A stretch of 64,000 nucleotides of DNA from Chthonomonadales bacterium. Lineage in GTDB: Bacteria > Armatimonadota > Chthonomonadetes > Chthonomonadales > CAJBBX01. The stretch's first letter is position 1, and every line of letters starts with the position of its first letter. Shown piece after piece: positions 35,047 through 46,024 of the stretch. The stretch spans positions 29,377 through 93,376 of the forward strand of contig JADLGO010000059.1 in NCBI GenBank assembly GCA_020849275.1, read 5' to 3'. Below the pieces are notes generated by a model. That model saw nothing but the letters and a program-made list of their open reading frames with translations. It had not been told where the DNA came from and made no database searches. A program made the position numbers and the translations under genes.

Positions 35047-36837
35047 TCACTCCTCGCGAGGGGTGGGCGAAGGCAGGGCCGGCGGCTCGGACGCGGCGAC
35101 TCGCTGCTCCAGACGCTCCATCTCGAGCGGGTGCTCGCGCACCATCTCGGATTCGCTCTTCGTTCCGGTCAGCCATGCCGGGCTCATCGGGAAGTTATCC
35201 GGGTTGAAGTGCGTGTTGTACAGGTGCCAGGTGACGATGGCCACGAGGGCCAGGATCGCCTCGTCGCTGTGCGCGATGTACGCCGCCGCCAGCCCGAGCT
35301 CGGGTAGGCGGTTGCCGAAGTAGATCGGGAACCAGAGGACCAGGCCGGAGAAGACCATGATCGGCATGCCCCAGTAGACCGCGAAGTAGTCGAACTTCTC
35401 GCGAAACTGAAAGCGGTCGTAGCGTGGCTCCTCGGGGCTGAGCCCCACGTAGTGACGCACTGCGCCCGCGAGGTCGGCCAGGTCCTTGCGCGCGGGCCAC
35501 ATCGACCACGATCGCAGCGTGAAGCCGTGCTGGCGCCAGCGCCAGAGCAGGAAGAGCGTGTGCCAGATCCAGGTGGCCATCAGGATGACGGCGCCCACGC
35601 GGTGGGCGATCCGCGCGCCGGCGATGCCGCCGAAGAGCGTATACCCCCCCTGAAGCCATTCCACGTGCGCGAAGCGCAGCGGCATTCCGGTCACGGCAAG
35701 CAGGGTGAAGCTCAGCGCGAGGAGCGCGTGCTGCCACCGCTGCGCCACCGTGAAGCGCGGAATGTGCCGCTCCGTGGGGCGCGAGCGCGCCGCGCGCGGC
35801 CTGGCATAGTGGAGGGCGAGGGCAAGCGCCATCATGCCGAACGCCCCGGCAGCGCTCCACCGGGCGGAGCCCTGGCCTCGGTAGGCCAGGAGCAACGCGG
35901 CCACCAGGAGCAGGAAGCTCGCCGCGATGGTCGCGGCCACGAGCCGCCCGGACCGCAGGCCCGCGCCGCGGGCGAACACCTTCTTCCTCAGGTCGAGCGC
36001 CACCCCGAGCAGCAGCACCGCGACCGTCCCCAGCGTCAGCCAGCGGAAGAACGCCTCCTCTGCCCGCAGCGCCGGGAATTGCTTCACTTTCAACCGCAGG
36101 TGGTTTGCGCCGGACATCGCGAAGTTGACCCTGGCTCCCGGGTGGCATCCTGCCTGCGCGCAGGTAGCCGCCGCATGCCCTCGACTCGTCGGCGAGGTCG
36201 GGTCCGCGGGCGACACCACGTCGTGGTGGCGATGGCAGTCGGTGCAGATGGCCGCGCGCGTCATGCCGAAGCGAAGGAACGCCTTGCCGTGGAAGCTCTC
36301 CTCGTAGGAGGGCACCGCGTCCGTATCAACGCCGTACCGCGCCATGCGCGCTTTCTGAGCGTGGCAGTCGCTGCACAGGGCCACGCGGTCACGCCGCGAC
36401 AGGGCCGCCGGCCGCGTCACCGCGTGCGGGTCGCCCTTGCCGTGACACGACACGCACGTCGGATGGTCGCCATGCGCCTTGTCCGAGCGAGCGTGGGCGC
36501 TCCGCATGAACTGCTCAAGCGCGTCCCCGTGGCAGGACCCGCACTCTGCCTTGCGCTGGAGCATCCGGGCCGTGTGCGGCGCGCCGGTGATGCCGGAGTG
36601 GCAGTCCTGGCACTTGAGGTCGTTGTGCGGTGAGGCGTCCGGCGCGCCGAGGCTGACCGGAGGGTGGGCGCCCATCTCGGAGGCGTGGCAGGCCATGCAC
36701 GCCCCCACGTCTTCGCGAGCGATCGGGGTCGATTGCCCGGCGTCCTGCGCCGTCGCGGCGATGAGCAGGCATGCGGGCGCCGCGACGGCGAGCAGCACGG
36801 CGAGAGGAAGGGGGACGTGCGCACGACGGTTGGGCAT
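35047..36837 (-). CDS. multihaem cytochrome c fused to a membrane cytochrome b-like domain (CbcL/FdnI-like quinone-interacting module)
   Basis: 596 aa with a signal peptide. Six CXXCH sites (CMACH, CQDCH, CGSCH, CVSCH, CSDCH, CTDCH) plus one CX4CH (CAQAGCH) in the first ~260 aa. About 6-7 hydrophobic helices follow, with conserved His residues (WQHALL, IAHRVG, WHTLF, IAHSDE, WHLYN). Confidence 0.75.
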   Translation of the reverse strand: MPNRRAHVPLPLAVLLAVAAPACLLIAATAQDAGQSTPIAREDVGACMACHASEMGAHPPVSLGAPDASPHNDLKCQDCHSGITGAPHTARMLQRKAECGSCHGDALEQFMRSAHARSDKAHGDHPTCVSCHGKGDPHAVTRPAALSRRDRVALCSDCHAQKARMARYGVDTDAVPSYEESFHGKAFLRFGMTRAAICTDCHRHHDVVSPADPTSPTSRGHAAATCAQAGCHPGARVNFAMSGANHLRLKVKQFPALRAEEAFFRWLTLGTVAVLLLGVALDLRKKVFARGAGLRSGRLVAATIAASFLLLVAALLLAYRGQGSARWSAAGAFGMMALALALHYARPRAARSRPTERHIPRFTVAQRWQHALLALSFTLLAVTGMPLRFAHVEWLQGGYTLFGGIAGARIAHRVGAVILMATWIWHTLFLLWRWRQHGFTLRSWSMWPARKDLADLAGAVRHYVGLSPEEPRYDRFQFREKFDYFAVYWGMPIMVFSGLVLWFPIYFGNRLPELGLAAAYIAHSDEAILALVAIVTWHLYNTHFNPDNFPMSPAWLTGTKSESEMVREHPLEMERLEQRVAASEPPALPSPTPREE

Positions 36838-37106
36838 GGAAGGCGGCGCTCCTGGCCCATCCCTGGGCGGCGCGCTGGGTTGTCAGCGCGCCGGGACGGC
36901 TCCGGTAGAGGGTGCTGAGGCCGCACCGGGCGGCCGCGCTTCCGGCGTCGTGACCGTGGGCGACGCGTGTGCGCGCGCCGCTGCTGTGACCGGATTCGTC
37001 GCTGCGGGAGCGGTCTCCTCCGTCGCGTTCCAGATCGCGCTCCGGTCGGCTCACCGGGGCTGCGAAATGCGCACGGCCAACGGCGCGCGGAGGCGCGCGG
37101 AGGCAA

Positions 37107-37172
37107 TTGACTCGCGCCTGTGCGTATGCTATCATGTATCCGACCAAAATGGTCGGAGACCGGAATGGTCGG
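37107..37172 (+). promoter_or_regulatory. suf operon promoter (TTGACT-17-TATCAT) followed by a CCGACCA-N3-TGGTCGG palindrome and a third TGGTCGG half-site (candidate Rrf2 operator)
   Basis: TTGACT at 37107-37112 and TATCAT at 37130-37135. Palindrome arms at 37140-37146 and 37150-37156. Extra TGGTCGG at 37166-37172. The element is a locally AT-richer island 33-98 nt upstream of the regulator ATG. Confidence 0.55.
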
Positions 37173-37204
37173 CGATGTGCTGGGTCCGGGAAGGGAGCGC
37201 CGTT

Positions 37205-37743
37205 ATGCTTGGCCTGACGAAGAAGACCGACTACGCGCTCCTCGCCCTCTCGTACCTGGCCCGGGGTGAGAGCGGACAGGTCGTGCGGACGAAGACGATC
37301 GCGGAGCAGTTCGACATTCCCTCGGAGTTGCTCGCGAAGATCCTTCAGAAGCTTGCCAGGAGCGGCATGCTCACCTCGACCCCAGGACCGACCGGCGGGT
37401 ACATGCTGGCGCGCTCGGCCGACGAGATCACGATTGGCGGGGTGGTGCGCGCCGTGGAGGGGTCACCCGCGCTGACACAGTGTCTCAAGTCGGTGGACAA
37501 CGAGTGTGAGCAGCGCGGGAAGTGCACCATTCGCGGTCCGCTGGAGCGCGTCAACGCGCGGGTCTTCCAGATGCTGGACCGCACCACCTTGACCGAGATC
37601 ACGGCACCGGAGACCGGCGCGCCAGGGGCCGGCAACCCGCCTTGCCTGGCCGGCGAGGGTGGCCTCGTGGCCGCGGCCCACATCCGGCCGGCAGTGCCGG
37701 AGGCGGCGCGCGTCGAGGCCGGCGCCAGCCGAAGAGGAGCCAC

Positions 37744-37747
<4 letters not shown>
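37205..37747 (+). CDS. Rrf2-family transcriptional regulator (IscR/SufR-like, putative Fe-S sensing)
   Basis: 180 aa. N-terminal [19 protein letters not shown]...[25 protein letters not shown] winged helix. Three Cys (CX7CX5C) in [17 protein letters not shown]. The stop overlaps the sufB ATG (ATGA). Confidence 0.85.
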
Positions 37748-39192
<1,445 letters not shown>

Positions 39193-39252
39193 GCCGGCGG
39201 GGAGGCCGTCACCGCGTCTGCGTCAGGGACTATTGCGGGGGGACCCAACCGA

Positions 39253-40023
<771 letters not shown>

Positions 40024-40039
40024 GGGGGCGCCGCTTGCT

Positions 40040-41371
40040 ATGACACAGGTCCAGGACCAGTTGCTGCGTTTGCCGGAGTGGGAGCGGTATCTTAGCCAGG
40101 CGCCCGCGCGCGGGCCCGCCGCGGCCCGCCGGTTCAGCGAGGCCGGCGCCGAGCGTTTCGCCGCGCTCGGAGTGCCCCGATCGCGCGACGAGGAGTGGCG
40201 CTTCACCCCGCTCGCGCCGCTCGTGGAGGCCGGTTTCGCACTGCCCGACGCGGCGGACCTCGAAGGTGCGCGCGCCGCGCTCGAGAGCGTGGCCCCCCGG
40301 GGGATGACCGCTGCGCGGCTGGTGTGGGTGAACGGCCGCTACGCGCCAGGGCTCTCCGAGGTGTCCGGTCTGCCGGCGCGTGCGCGGGTCGGCTCGCTGG
40401 CCGCAGCATGGCTAGATGAGCCCGAGTTGCTGGAGGCCAACCTGCGGGCCGGCCTGGGCGAGGAAGGGCACCCCTTCTCGTCGCTCAACGCCGCTCTCGC
40501 CGAGGACGGCGCGCTCGTGTGGGTGCCGGACCACGTGGTCGTCGAGACGCCGATTCATCTGGTCTTCGTCGGCCAGGGAGGTGGGACGGCGGCGATGGCC
40601 CATCCGCGCTCGCTCGTGCTCGCCGGCCGCCGTGCCTCGTGCACCGTGCTCGAGAGCTACGTGGCGTCCGGGGCCTTCTGGACGAACCCCGTCACCGAGC
40701 TCGTGCTGGGCGAGGACGCGACCGTCGACCACTACCGGGTGCAGCGCGATGACGACACCGCGTTCCACGTGGGGCGGACCGACGCGCGCATCGCGCGCGG
40801 CGGGCAGCTCACGTCGCACGCGTTCACGTTCGGCGCGGCGTTCACGCGCAACGACGTTACCGCGCTCCTCGGCGGCGAGGATATCGACTGCACGCTGAAC
40901 GGGCTCTACTTGAGTGACGGCCGGCGGCTCGTCGACAACCACACCGCGATCGACCACGCGCACCCGCATTGCGGTAGCCACGAGCTCTACAAGGGCGTCA
41001 TCAACGGGCGCGGGCGCGGCGTGTTCAACGGCAAGATCCTGGTGCGGCTCGACGCGCAGAAGACCGACGCGCGCCAGACCAACCAGGTACTGTTGCTCTC
41101 CGACGAGTCGCAGATCCAGACCAAGCCGCAGCTCGAGATCTTCGCCGACGACGTGAAGTGCACCCACGGCGCCACGGTAGGCCAGCTCGACGCCGACGCG
41201 CTGTTCTACCTGCGATCGCGCGGCATCGACGCGCACGAGGCGCGCGCCATGCTGGTGCACGCCTTCGCTCGCGACATCGTCGATCGCGTGCGCTTGGAGC
41301 CGGTGCGCGAGCTTCTCGATGAGGCGCTGCGAAGCCGCCTGCCGCGGGCTCGGGCGATGGCCGGCGCGTGA
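40040..41371 (+). CDS. sufD: Fe-S cluster assembly protein SufD
   Basis: 443 aa. C-terminal beta-helix region with GRGVFNGKILV, TKPQLEIFADDVKCTHGATVG and FYLRSRGI motifs. Confidence 0.9.
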   Translation: MTQVQDQLLRLPEWERYLSQAPARGPAAARRFSEAGAERFAALGVPRSRDEEWRFTPLAPLVEAGFALPDAADLEGARAALESVAPRGMTAARLVWVNGRYAPGLSEVSGLPARARVGSLAAAWLDEPELLEANLRAGLGEEGHPFSSLNAALAEDGALVWVPDHVVVETPIHLVFVGQGGGTAAMAHPRSLVLAGRRASCTVLESYVASGAFWTNPVTELVLGEDATVDHYRVQRDDDTAFHVGRTDARIARGGQLTSHAFTFGAAFTRNDVTALLGGEDIDCTLNGLYLSDGRRLVDNHTAIDHAHPHCGSHELYKGVINGRGRGVFNGKILVRLDAQKTDARQTNQVLLLSDESQIQTKPQLEIFADDVKCTHGATVGQLDADALFYLRSRGIDAHEARAMLVHAFARDIVDRVRLEPVRELLDEALRSRLPRARAMAGA

Positions 41372-41399
41372 GGGCAGTTCGCAAGACGAGGAGTGCCGA

Positions 41400-42659
41400 A
41401 TGGTTACCATACTGGATGGGGCGCGCATCGCGGCGCCGGCGAGACTGGACGTGGGGCGAGTGCGCGCCGACTTCCCGATCCTCGGGCAACGCGTGCACGG
41501 GCGGCCGCTGGTCTATCTGGACAACGCGGCCACCACGCAGAAGCCCGCCGTCGTCATCGAAGCGCTGCGGCGCTACTACGAGGCGGACAACGCCAACATC
41601 CACCGCGGCGTTCACGCCCTCAGCCAGCGCGCGACGGCGGCCTACGAGCGGGCCCGCGAGCGCGTCCGCGCCTACATCAACGCGGCCAGTGAGCGCGAGG
41701 TCATCTTCGTCCGTGGGACCACCGAAGCGATCAACCTGGTAGCCCAGAGCCACGGGCGCTCGCGCCTGGGCCCGGGCGACGAGGTGGTGGTGACCGCGAT
41801 GGAGCACCACTCCAACATCGTCCCCTGGCAGCTCGTGTGCCAGCAGACCGGCGCGAAGCTGCGCGTAGCGCCGATGACCGACGAGGGCGAGCTTCGTTTG
41901 GACTGCCTGGCCGGCATGGTCGGCGAGCGGACGCGCATCGTCTCCGCGGTTCACGTCTCCAACTCGCTTGGCACCATCAACCCCGTGCGCGAGATCGTCG
42001 AGATCGCGCACGCGGCGGGCGCCGTGGTGCTGCTCGACGGCGCGCAAGCCGTGGCGCACCTACCGATCGACGTGCGGGAGCTTGGCTGCGACTTCTACGC
42101 CTTTTCCGGCCATAAGCTCTACGGGCCGACGGGGATCGGCGTGCTCTACGGCCGGGAGCACCTTCTGGACGCGATGCCGCCCTACCAGGGAGGTGGCGAT
42201 ATGATCAACACGGTCAGCTTCGAGCAGACCACTTTCGCCGCCCTGCCAGCGAAGTTCGAGGCCGGCACGCCCAACATATCGGGAGCGATCGGGCTCGCCG
42301 CCGCTATCGAGTACCTGGAGGGCCTCGACATGGCGGCGGTCCGGCGGCACGAGGAGGAACTCCTCGATCGCATGGGCCGCGCCATCGCCTCGGTGGACGG
42401 GGTGCGGCTGGTAGGCACGGCAAGTCGCAAGAGCGGCATCGTCTCATTCGTGATGGAGGGCGTGCACCCGCACGACATCGGCACGGTCCTCGACATGGAG
42501 GGGGTGGCCATCCGCACGGGCCATCACTGCACACAGCCCGTGATGCAGCGGCTGGGGCTGCCGGCGACGGCGCGCGCCTCGCTGGCCATCTACAACACGC
42601 CGGCGGAGGTCGACGCGCTCGCGGAGGGCCTGCGGCGAGTCAAGGAGGTGCTTCTCTAG
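41400..42659 (+). CDS. sufS: cysteine desulfurase SufS
   Basis: 419 aa from ATG 41400, with GAGGAG 6 nt upstream. VYLDNAATTQKP, FSGHKLYGPTGIG (PLP lysine) and RTGHHCTQP (active-site Cys). Confidence 0.92.
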   Translation: MVTILDGARIAAPARLDVGRVRADFPILGQRVHGRPLVYLDNAATTQKPAVVIEALRRYYEADNANIHRGVHALSQRATAAYERARERVRAYINAASEREVIFVRGTTEAINLVAQSHGRSRLGPGDEVVVTAMEHHSNIVPWQLVCQQTGAKLRVAPMTDEGELRLDCLAGMVGERTRIVSAVHVSNSLGTINPVREIVEIAHAAGAVVLLDGAQAVAHLPIDVRELGCDFYAFSGHKLYGPTGIGVLYGREHLLDAMPPYQGGGDMINTVSFEQTTFAALPAKFEAGTPNISGAIGLAAAIEYLEGLDMAAVRRHEEELLDRMGRAIASVDGVRLVGTASRKSGIVSFVMEGVHPHDIGTVLDMEGVAIRTGHHCTQPVMQRLGLPATARASLAIYNTPAEVDALAEGLRRVKEVLL

Positions 42660-43108
42660 TGTCGGACCTGCGCGAGCTGTACCAGGAGGTGATCCTGGAC
42701 CACAACCGGCATCCGCGCAACTTCCGCGCTCCCGAAGGCGCCAACGTCGAGGCGGTCGGCCACAACCCACTCTGCGGCGATCAGCTCACGGTCTTCCTGC
42801 GCCTGCAGGGCGGCCGCGTAGCGGAGGCCGGCTTCCAGGGCAGCGGCTGCGCCATCTCGAAGGCGTCCGCATCGATGATGACGGACGCCGTCAAGGGCAA
42901 GACCGTGGAGGAGATCCGGCGGCTCTTCGAGGGGTTCCACGACATGGTTACCGGCAAACTGGGCGACGTGGACCCGGACGAGATGGGGAAGCTGCTGGCG
43001 TTTGCCGGGGTGTCGGAGTTCCCGGCTCGCGTGAAGTGCGCGAGCCTGGCCTGGCACACGCTTCAGGCCGCGCTCGCCTCCAGCGGGACGGTCGTGACGA
43101 CGGAGTAA
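42659..43108 (+). CDS. sufU: Fe-S cluster assembly sulfur-transfer/scaffold protein SufU (NifU N-terminal-like)
   Basis: 149 aa. The GTG start overlaps the sufS TAG by 1 nt. NPLCGD, GSGCAIS and VKCASL Cys motifs. Confidence 0.88.
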   Translation: MSDLRELYQEVILDHNRHPRNFRAPEGANVEAVGHNPLCGDQLTVFLRLQGGRVAEAGFQGSGCAISKASASMMTDAVKGKTVEEIRRLFEGFHDMVTGKLGDVDPDEMGKLLAFAGVSEFPARVKCASLAWHTLQAALASSGTVVTTE

Positions 43109-43112
43109 CAAC

Positions 43113-43466
43113 ATGAGCGAGACGACCGAGCACGCGCCGACCGCCACGAAGCCGTTCAACGCCCTTCTCATCGAGGGCGACGCGATCGAGGCGCTCAAGA
43201 CGGTCTACGACCCCGAGATCCCGGTCGACATCTACGAGCTCGGCCTGATCTACGACGTGCGCATCGCCGCCGACGGGGTGGTCACCGTGGAGATGACGCT
43301 GACCTCGCCGGCCTGCCCGGCGGCGGGTGCGATCCCGCTGGAGGTCGAGGAGAAGATCCGCTGCATCCCCGGCGTGACCGACGTGATCGTCGACATCGTC
43401 TGGGATCCACCATGGACTCCGGAGCGGATGTCCGAGGCGGCGAAGCTGGAGTTGGGCTTCTTCTGA
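43113..43466 (+). CDS. sufT: DUF59/MIP18-family Fe-S assembly protein (SufT-like)
   Basis: 117 aa. YDPEIPVDIYELGLIY and LTSPACP motifs. Confidence 0.85.
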   Translation: MSETTEHAPTATKPFNALLIEGDAIEALKTVYDPEIPVDIYELGLIYDVRIAADGVVTVEMTLTSPACPAAGAIPLEVEEKIRCIPGVTDVIVDIVWDPPWTPERMSEAAKLELGFF

Positions 43467-43488
43467 GGCATGGGGCCGCGGACCGGAG

Positions 43489-43863
43489 GTGAGCGCCATG
43501 ACGCGCGTGCAGGACCCGCAGGCGAACGGGGCCGTGGTGGCCCTGACCCCGGCGGCCGTGAGGCAGGTTCGGTTTCGGATGGAGCGACAGGGCAAGGCCG
43601 GCCACTGTCTTCGCCTCGGCGTACGCGGGGGCGGGTGTTCCGGGTACTCCTACACCATGGCGTTCGTCGAGGAGCCGACAGGGCGTGACACGACATATCT
43701 CGTCGACGACCTGCGAGTAGTCGTCGACCCGAAGAGCGCCAGGCTGCTGGCCGGCGCCACACTCGACTACAGCCTGAGCAACCTGCTGGAGGGCGGCTGG
43801 ACCTGGACGAACCCGCTCGCCGCTCGCACTTGCGGCTGCGGCACCTCCTTCGCGGCGGAGTAG
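43489..43863 (+). CDS. sufA: A-type Fe-S cluster carrier (IscA/SufA/ErpA, HesB family)
   Basis: 124 aa. GGGCSGYSY and the C-terminal CGCGTSF motif. Confidence 0.88.
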   Translation: MSAMTRVQDPQANGAVVALTPAAVRQVRFRMERQGKAGHCLRLGVRGGGCSGYSYTMAFVEEPTGRDTTYLVDDLRVVVDPKSARLLAGATLDYSLSNLLEGGWTWTNPLAARTCGCGTSFAAE

Positions 43864-43887
43864 ACTGCCCGACGAACCGGCCGCGAC

Positions 43888-43930
43888 CGTCGAGCGCCCG
43901 CTTCCATCGCCCGGAAGCGGGCGCTCGACG
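43888..43930. terminator. perfect 18-bp-stem hairpin between the convergent suf operon and ABC-transporter operon (bidirectional terminator candidate)
   Basis: CGTCGAGCGCCCGCTTCC-atcgccc-GGAAGCGGGCGCTCGACG, verified base by base. Confidence 0.7.
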
Positions 43931-43961
43931 CACTGGAGGGTCGCATTGTACAGCGTGATGC

Positions 43962-44996
43962 CTAGAAGTTGAACTCGTCGACGTTGTCTTTGGTGATGGT
44001 CACGCCGGGCATCAGCACCACGCCGTCCTTCACCTTGAGCGTGCCGATCCCCTCGACCTCGGTTCCGTCCTCGGGTTGCTTGCCGTCCAGGTAGTCGTTG
44101 ACGAGCCTGGCGGTCAGGAAGGTGAGCTTGGAGGGATCCCAGAGCATCAGGCCGGAGACGGCTCCAGACTTCAGGTACTGGCGCGTCTCGCTGGGCAGGG
44201 CCAGGCCCCACACCTTCACCTGGCCGATCTTGTTGAGCCCGGTGAGCGCCTGCCCGACCGCCGGGGCGCTCGGCGAGTTGGCGCAGGCGAATCCCACGAT
44301 GTCGGGGTCCTTCTGGAGCGCGGCGATGGCCATCGAGCGGGCCTTCTGGTTGTCGTCGTCGTTGTAGATGTAGGGCGTGACGAGCCGGATGCTGGGATGC
44401 TTCTTGAAGGCCTTCTCCATTCCGTCCACGTGCAGGTTCAGGTTCGCCGCGGCGCGGCCGCCGCTGACGATCTGCACCTTGCCCTTGCCGCCGACATCCC
44501 TGGCCAACGCGTCGGCGATGTCGGCCCCGATCTGCACGTCGTCGGCGGCGGCCACGTAGAAGATCCGCTGGGAGGCCGGAGCGTCCGAGTCCCAGGTGAA
44601 CACCTTGACGCCGGCGTCCATCGCCTTCTTGACGATCGGGACGATGGCCTGCGCGTCGTTCGGCGAGATGACGATGGCATCCACCTTCTGGGCGATCAGC
44701 TGCTCCATGATGGCGATCTGCTTGCCAACCTCCGCCTTGTCGGGCGCGAGGTAGTCGACCTTGATGTTGAGCGCCTTCGCCGCGTCCTCCGCGCCGCGCT
44801 TGCACGCCTCGCTATAGGAGAGGCCCGCGACCTTGAAGATAAAGGCGATGTGCCGGCTTCCCGGCGCCCCGGCCTCGGCGCCCGGCCGCGCCGGGTCCAC
44901 GGGCGCCCGCTCGCTCTCTTGCCGCGGGGCGCTGCAGGCGGCCAGGCTCAGCGCGAGGGCGGCGGCGAACCCGAGCCTCCACGTCCTTCGTAGCAT
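43962..44996 (-). CDS. sugar ABC transporter substrate-binding lipoprotein (RbsB/LsrB/RhaS-type periplasmic binding fold)
   Basis: 344 aa from ATG 44996, with AGGAGG 6 nt upstream. Lipobox LSLAAC. Type I PBP-like sequence (AFIFKVAGLSYSEA..., VDAIVISPND..., VKVFTWDSD). Confidence 0.8.
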   Translation of the reverse strand: MLRRTWRLGFAAALALSLAACSAPRQESERAPVDPARPGAEAGAPGSRHIAFIFKVAGLSYSEACKRGAEDAAKALNIKVDYLAPDKAEVGKQIAIMEQLIAQKVDAIVISPNDAQAIVPIVKKAMDAGVKVFTWDSDAPASQRIFYVAAADDVQIGADIADALARDVGGKGKVQIVSGGRAAANLNLHVDGMEKAFKKHPSIRLVTPYIYNDDDNQKARSMAIAALQKDPDIVGFACANSPSAPAVGQALTGLNKIGQVKVWGLALPSETRQYLKSGAVSGLMLWDPSKLTFLTARLVNDYLDGKQPEDGTEVEGIGTLKVKDGVVLMPGVTITKDNVDEFNF

Positions 44997-45010
44997 CGAA
45001 TGCCTCCTTT

Positions 45011-46024
45011 TCATCGCCCCGCCGGGGGCGTCGGCGGCGCGCCGCGCGCGGCGCGCGCCGTCCGCTTCGTCCGCCATCGGTCCACCTCGACCGAGACGAG
45101 AAGCATGGCGCCGAGCACCAGCAGGACCCACATGTCGTCCTTGCCGTAGCTGCGCACGCCGTTCGTCACCACGCCGATCGCTAGCACACCGAGCGCCGTT
45201 CCAAGGACCGTTGCCCGGCCCCCGACCACGGGCGTTCCGCCGATGACGACGGCGGTGATCGCCGACATCTCGAAGTACCGCCCGGCATCCGGCACGGCGG
45301 TGGCGCCGCGCGACGTGACGACGATGGCCGACAGGCCCGCGAGCAGGCCGCTGAGCGTGTAGACTGCGGTCTCAACGCGGCGGGTGGGGCTTCCGCTCAG
45401 GTAGGCCGCCTCGCGGTTGCCGCCGAGCGCCAGCAGGCTGCGGCCGAACACCGTCCTGTGCGCGGCCAGGCTACAGAGCAAGAGCGCCGCGCCCGCCACC
45501 CAGGCCGAGTTCGGCACGCCGAGGCGGCTGTCGTACCCGAGCGAGATGAGGGCCGGCGGAAGCCCCGAGATGCTGTTGCCGCCGCTCAGCACGTAGGCGC
45601 CCGCGCGGGCCGCCGAGAAGCTCGCCAGCGTGGCGATGATGGGCGGCAGGCCGAGCCGGGCGATCAGAAGCCCGTTGACGAGGCCGCATCCGGCGCCCAC
45701 CGCGACGGCGGCGCCGCACGCCATCCACACGTTCCAGCCGTGGTCCACCCCCAGCACGCCGAGCGCGACGGCGCAGAGCCCCACGACCGACCCCACCGAG
45801 ATGTCGATGCCGCCCGTCGCGATGACCAGGGTCATGCCGGCCGACACGATGGCGATCTCGGCGCCGCTGCTCAGGATCACCGAGGCGTTGGCGCCGGTGC
45901 GGAACTCCGGGAAGAGGATGGCAAGCCAGGCGCAGGCGGCCAGCAGCACGGCGACGACCCCGGTCTCGGCCGGGAGAGCGAGCCGACGGGATCCCGGTCG
46001 CGCGCGGGGCGCGGCCTCAGGCAT
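45011..46024 (-). CDS. sugar ABC transporter permease (RbsC-like)
   Basis: 337 aa from ATG 46024, overlapping the upstream stop by 8 nt. About 9-10 hydrophobic helices and a TGGIDISVGS motif. Confidence 0.8.
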   Translation of the reverse strand: MPEAAPRARPGSRRLALPAETGVVAVLLAACAWLAILFPEFRTGANASVILSSGAEIAIVSAGMTLVIATGGIDISVGSVVGLCAVALGVLGVDHGWNVWMACGAAVAVGAGCGLVNGLLIARLGLPPIIATLASFSAARAGAYVLSGGNSISGLPPALISLGYDSRLGVPNSAWVAGAALLLCSLAAHRTVFGRSLLALGGNREAAYLSGSPTRRVETAVYTLSGLLAGLSAIVVTSRGATAVPDAGRYFEMSAITAVVIGGTPVVGGRATVLGTALGVLAIGVVTNGVRSYGKDDMWVLLVLGAMLLVSVEVDRWRTKRTARAARGAPPTPPAGR

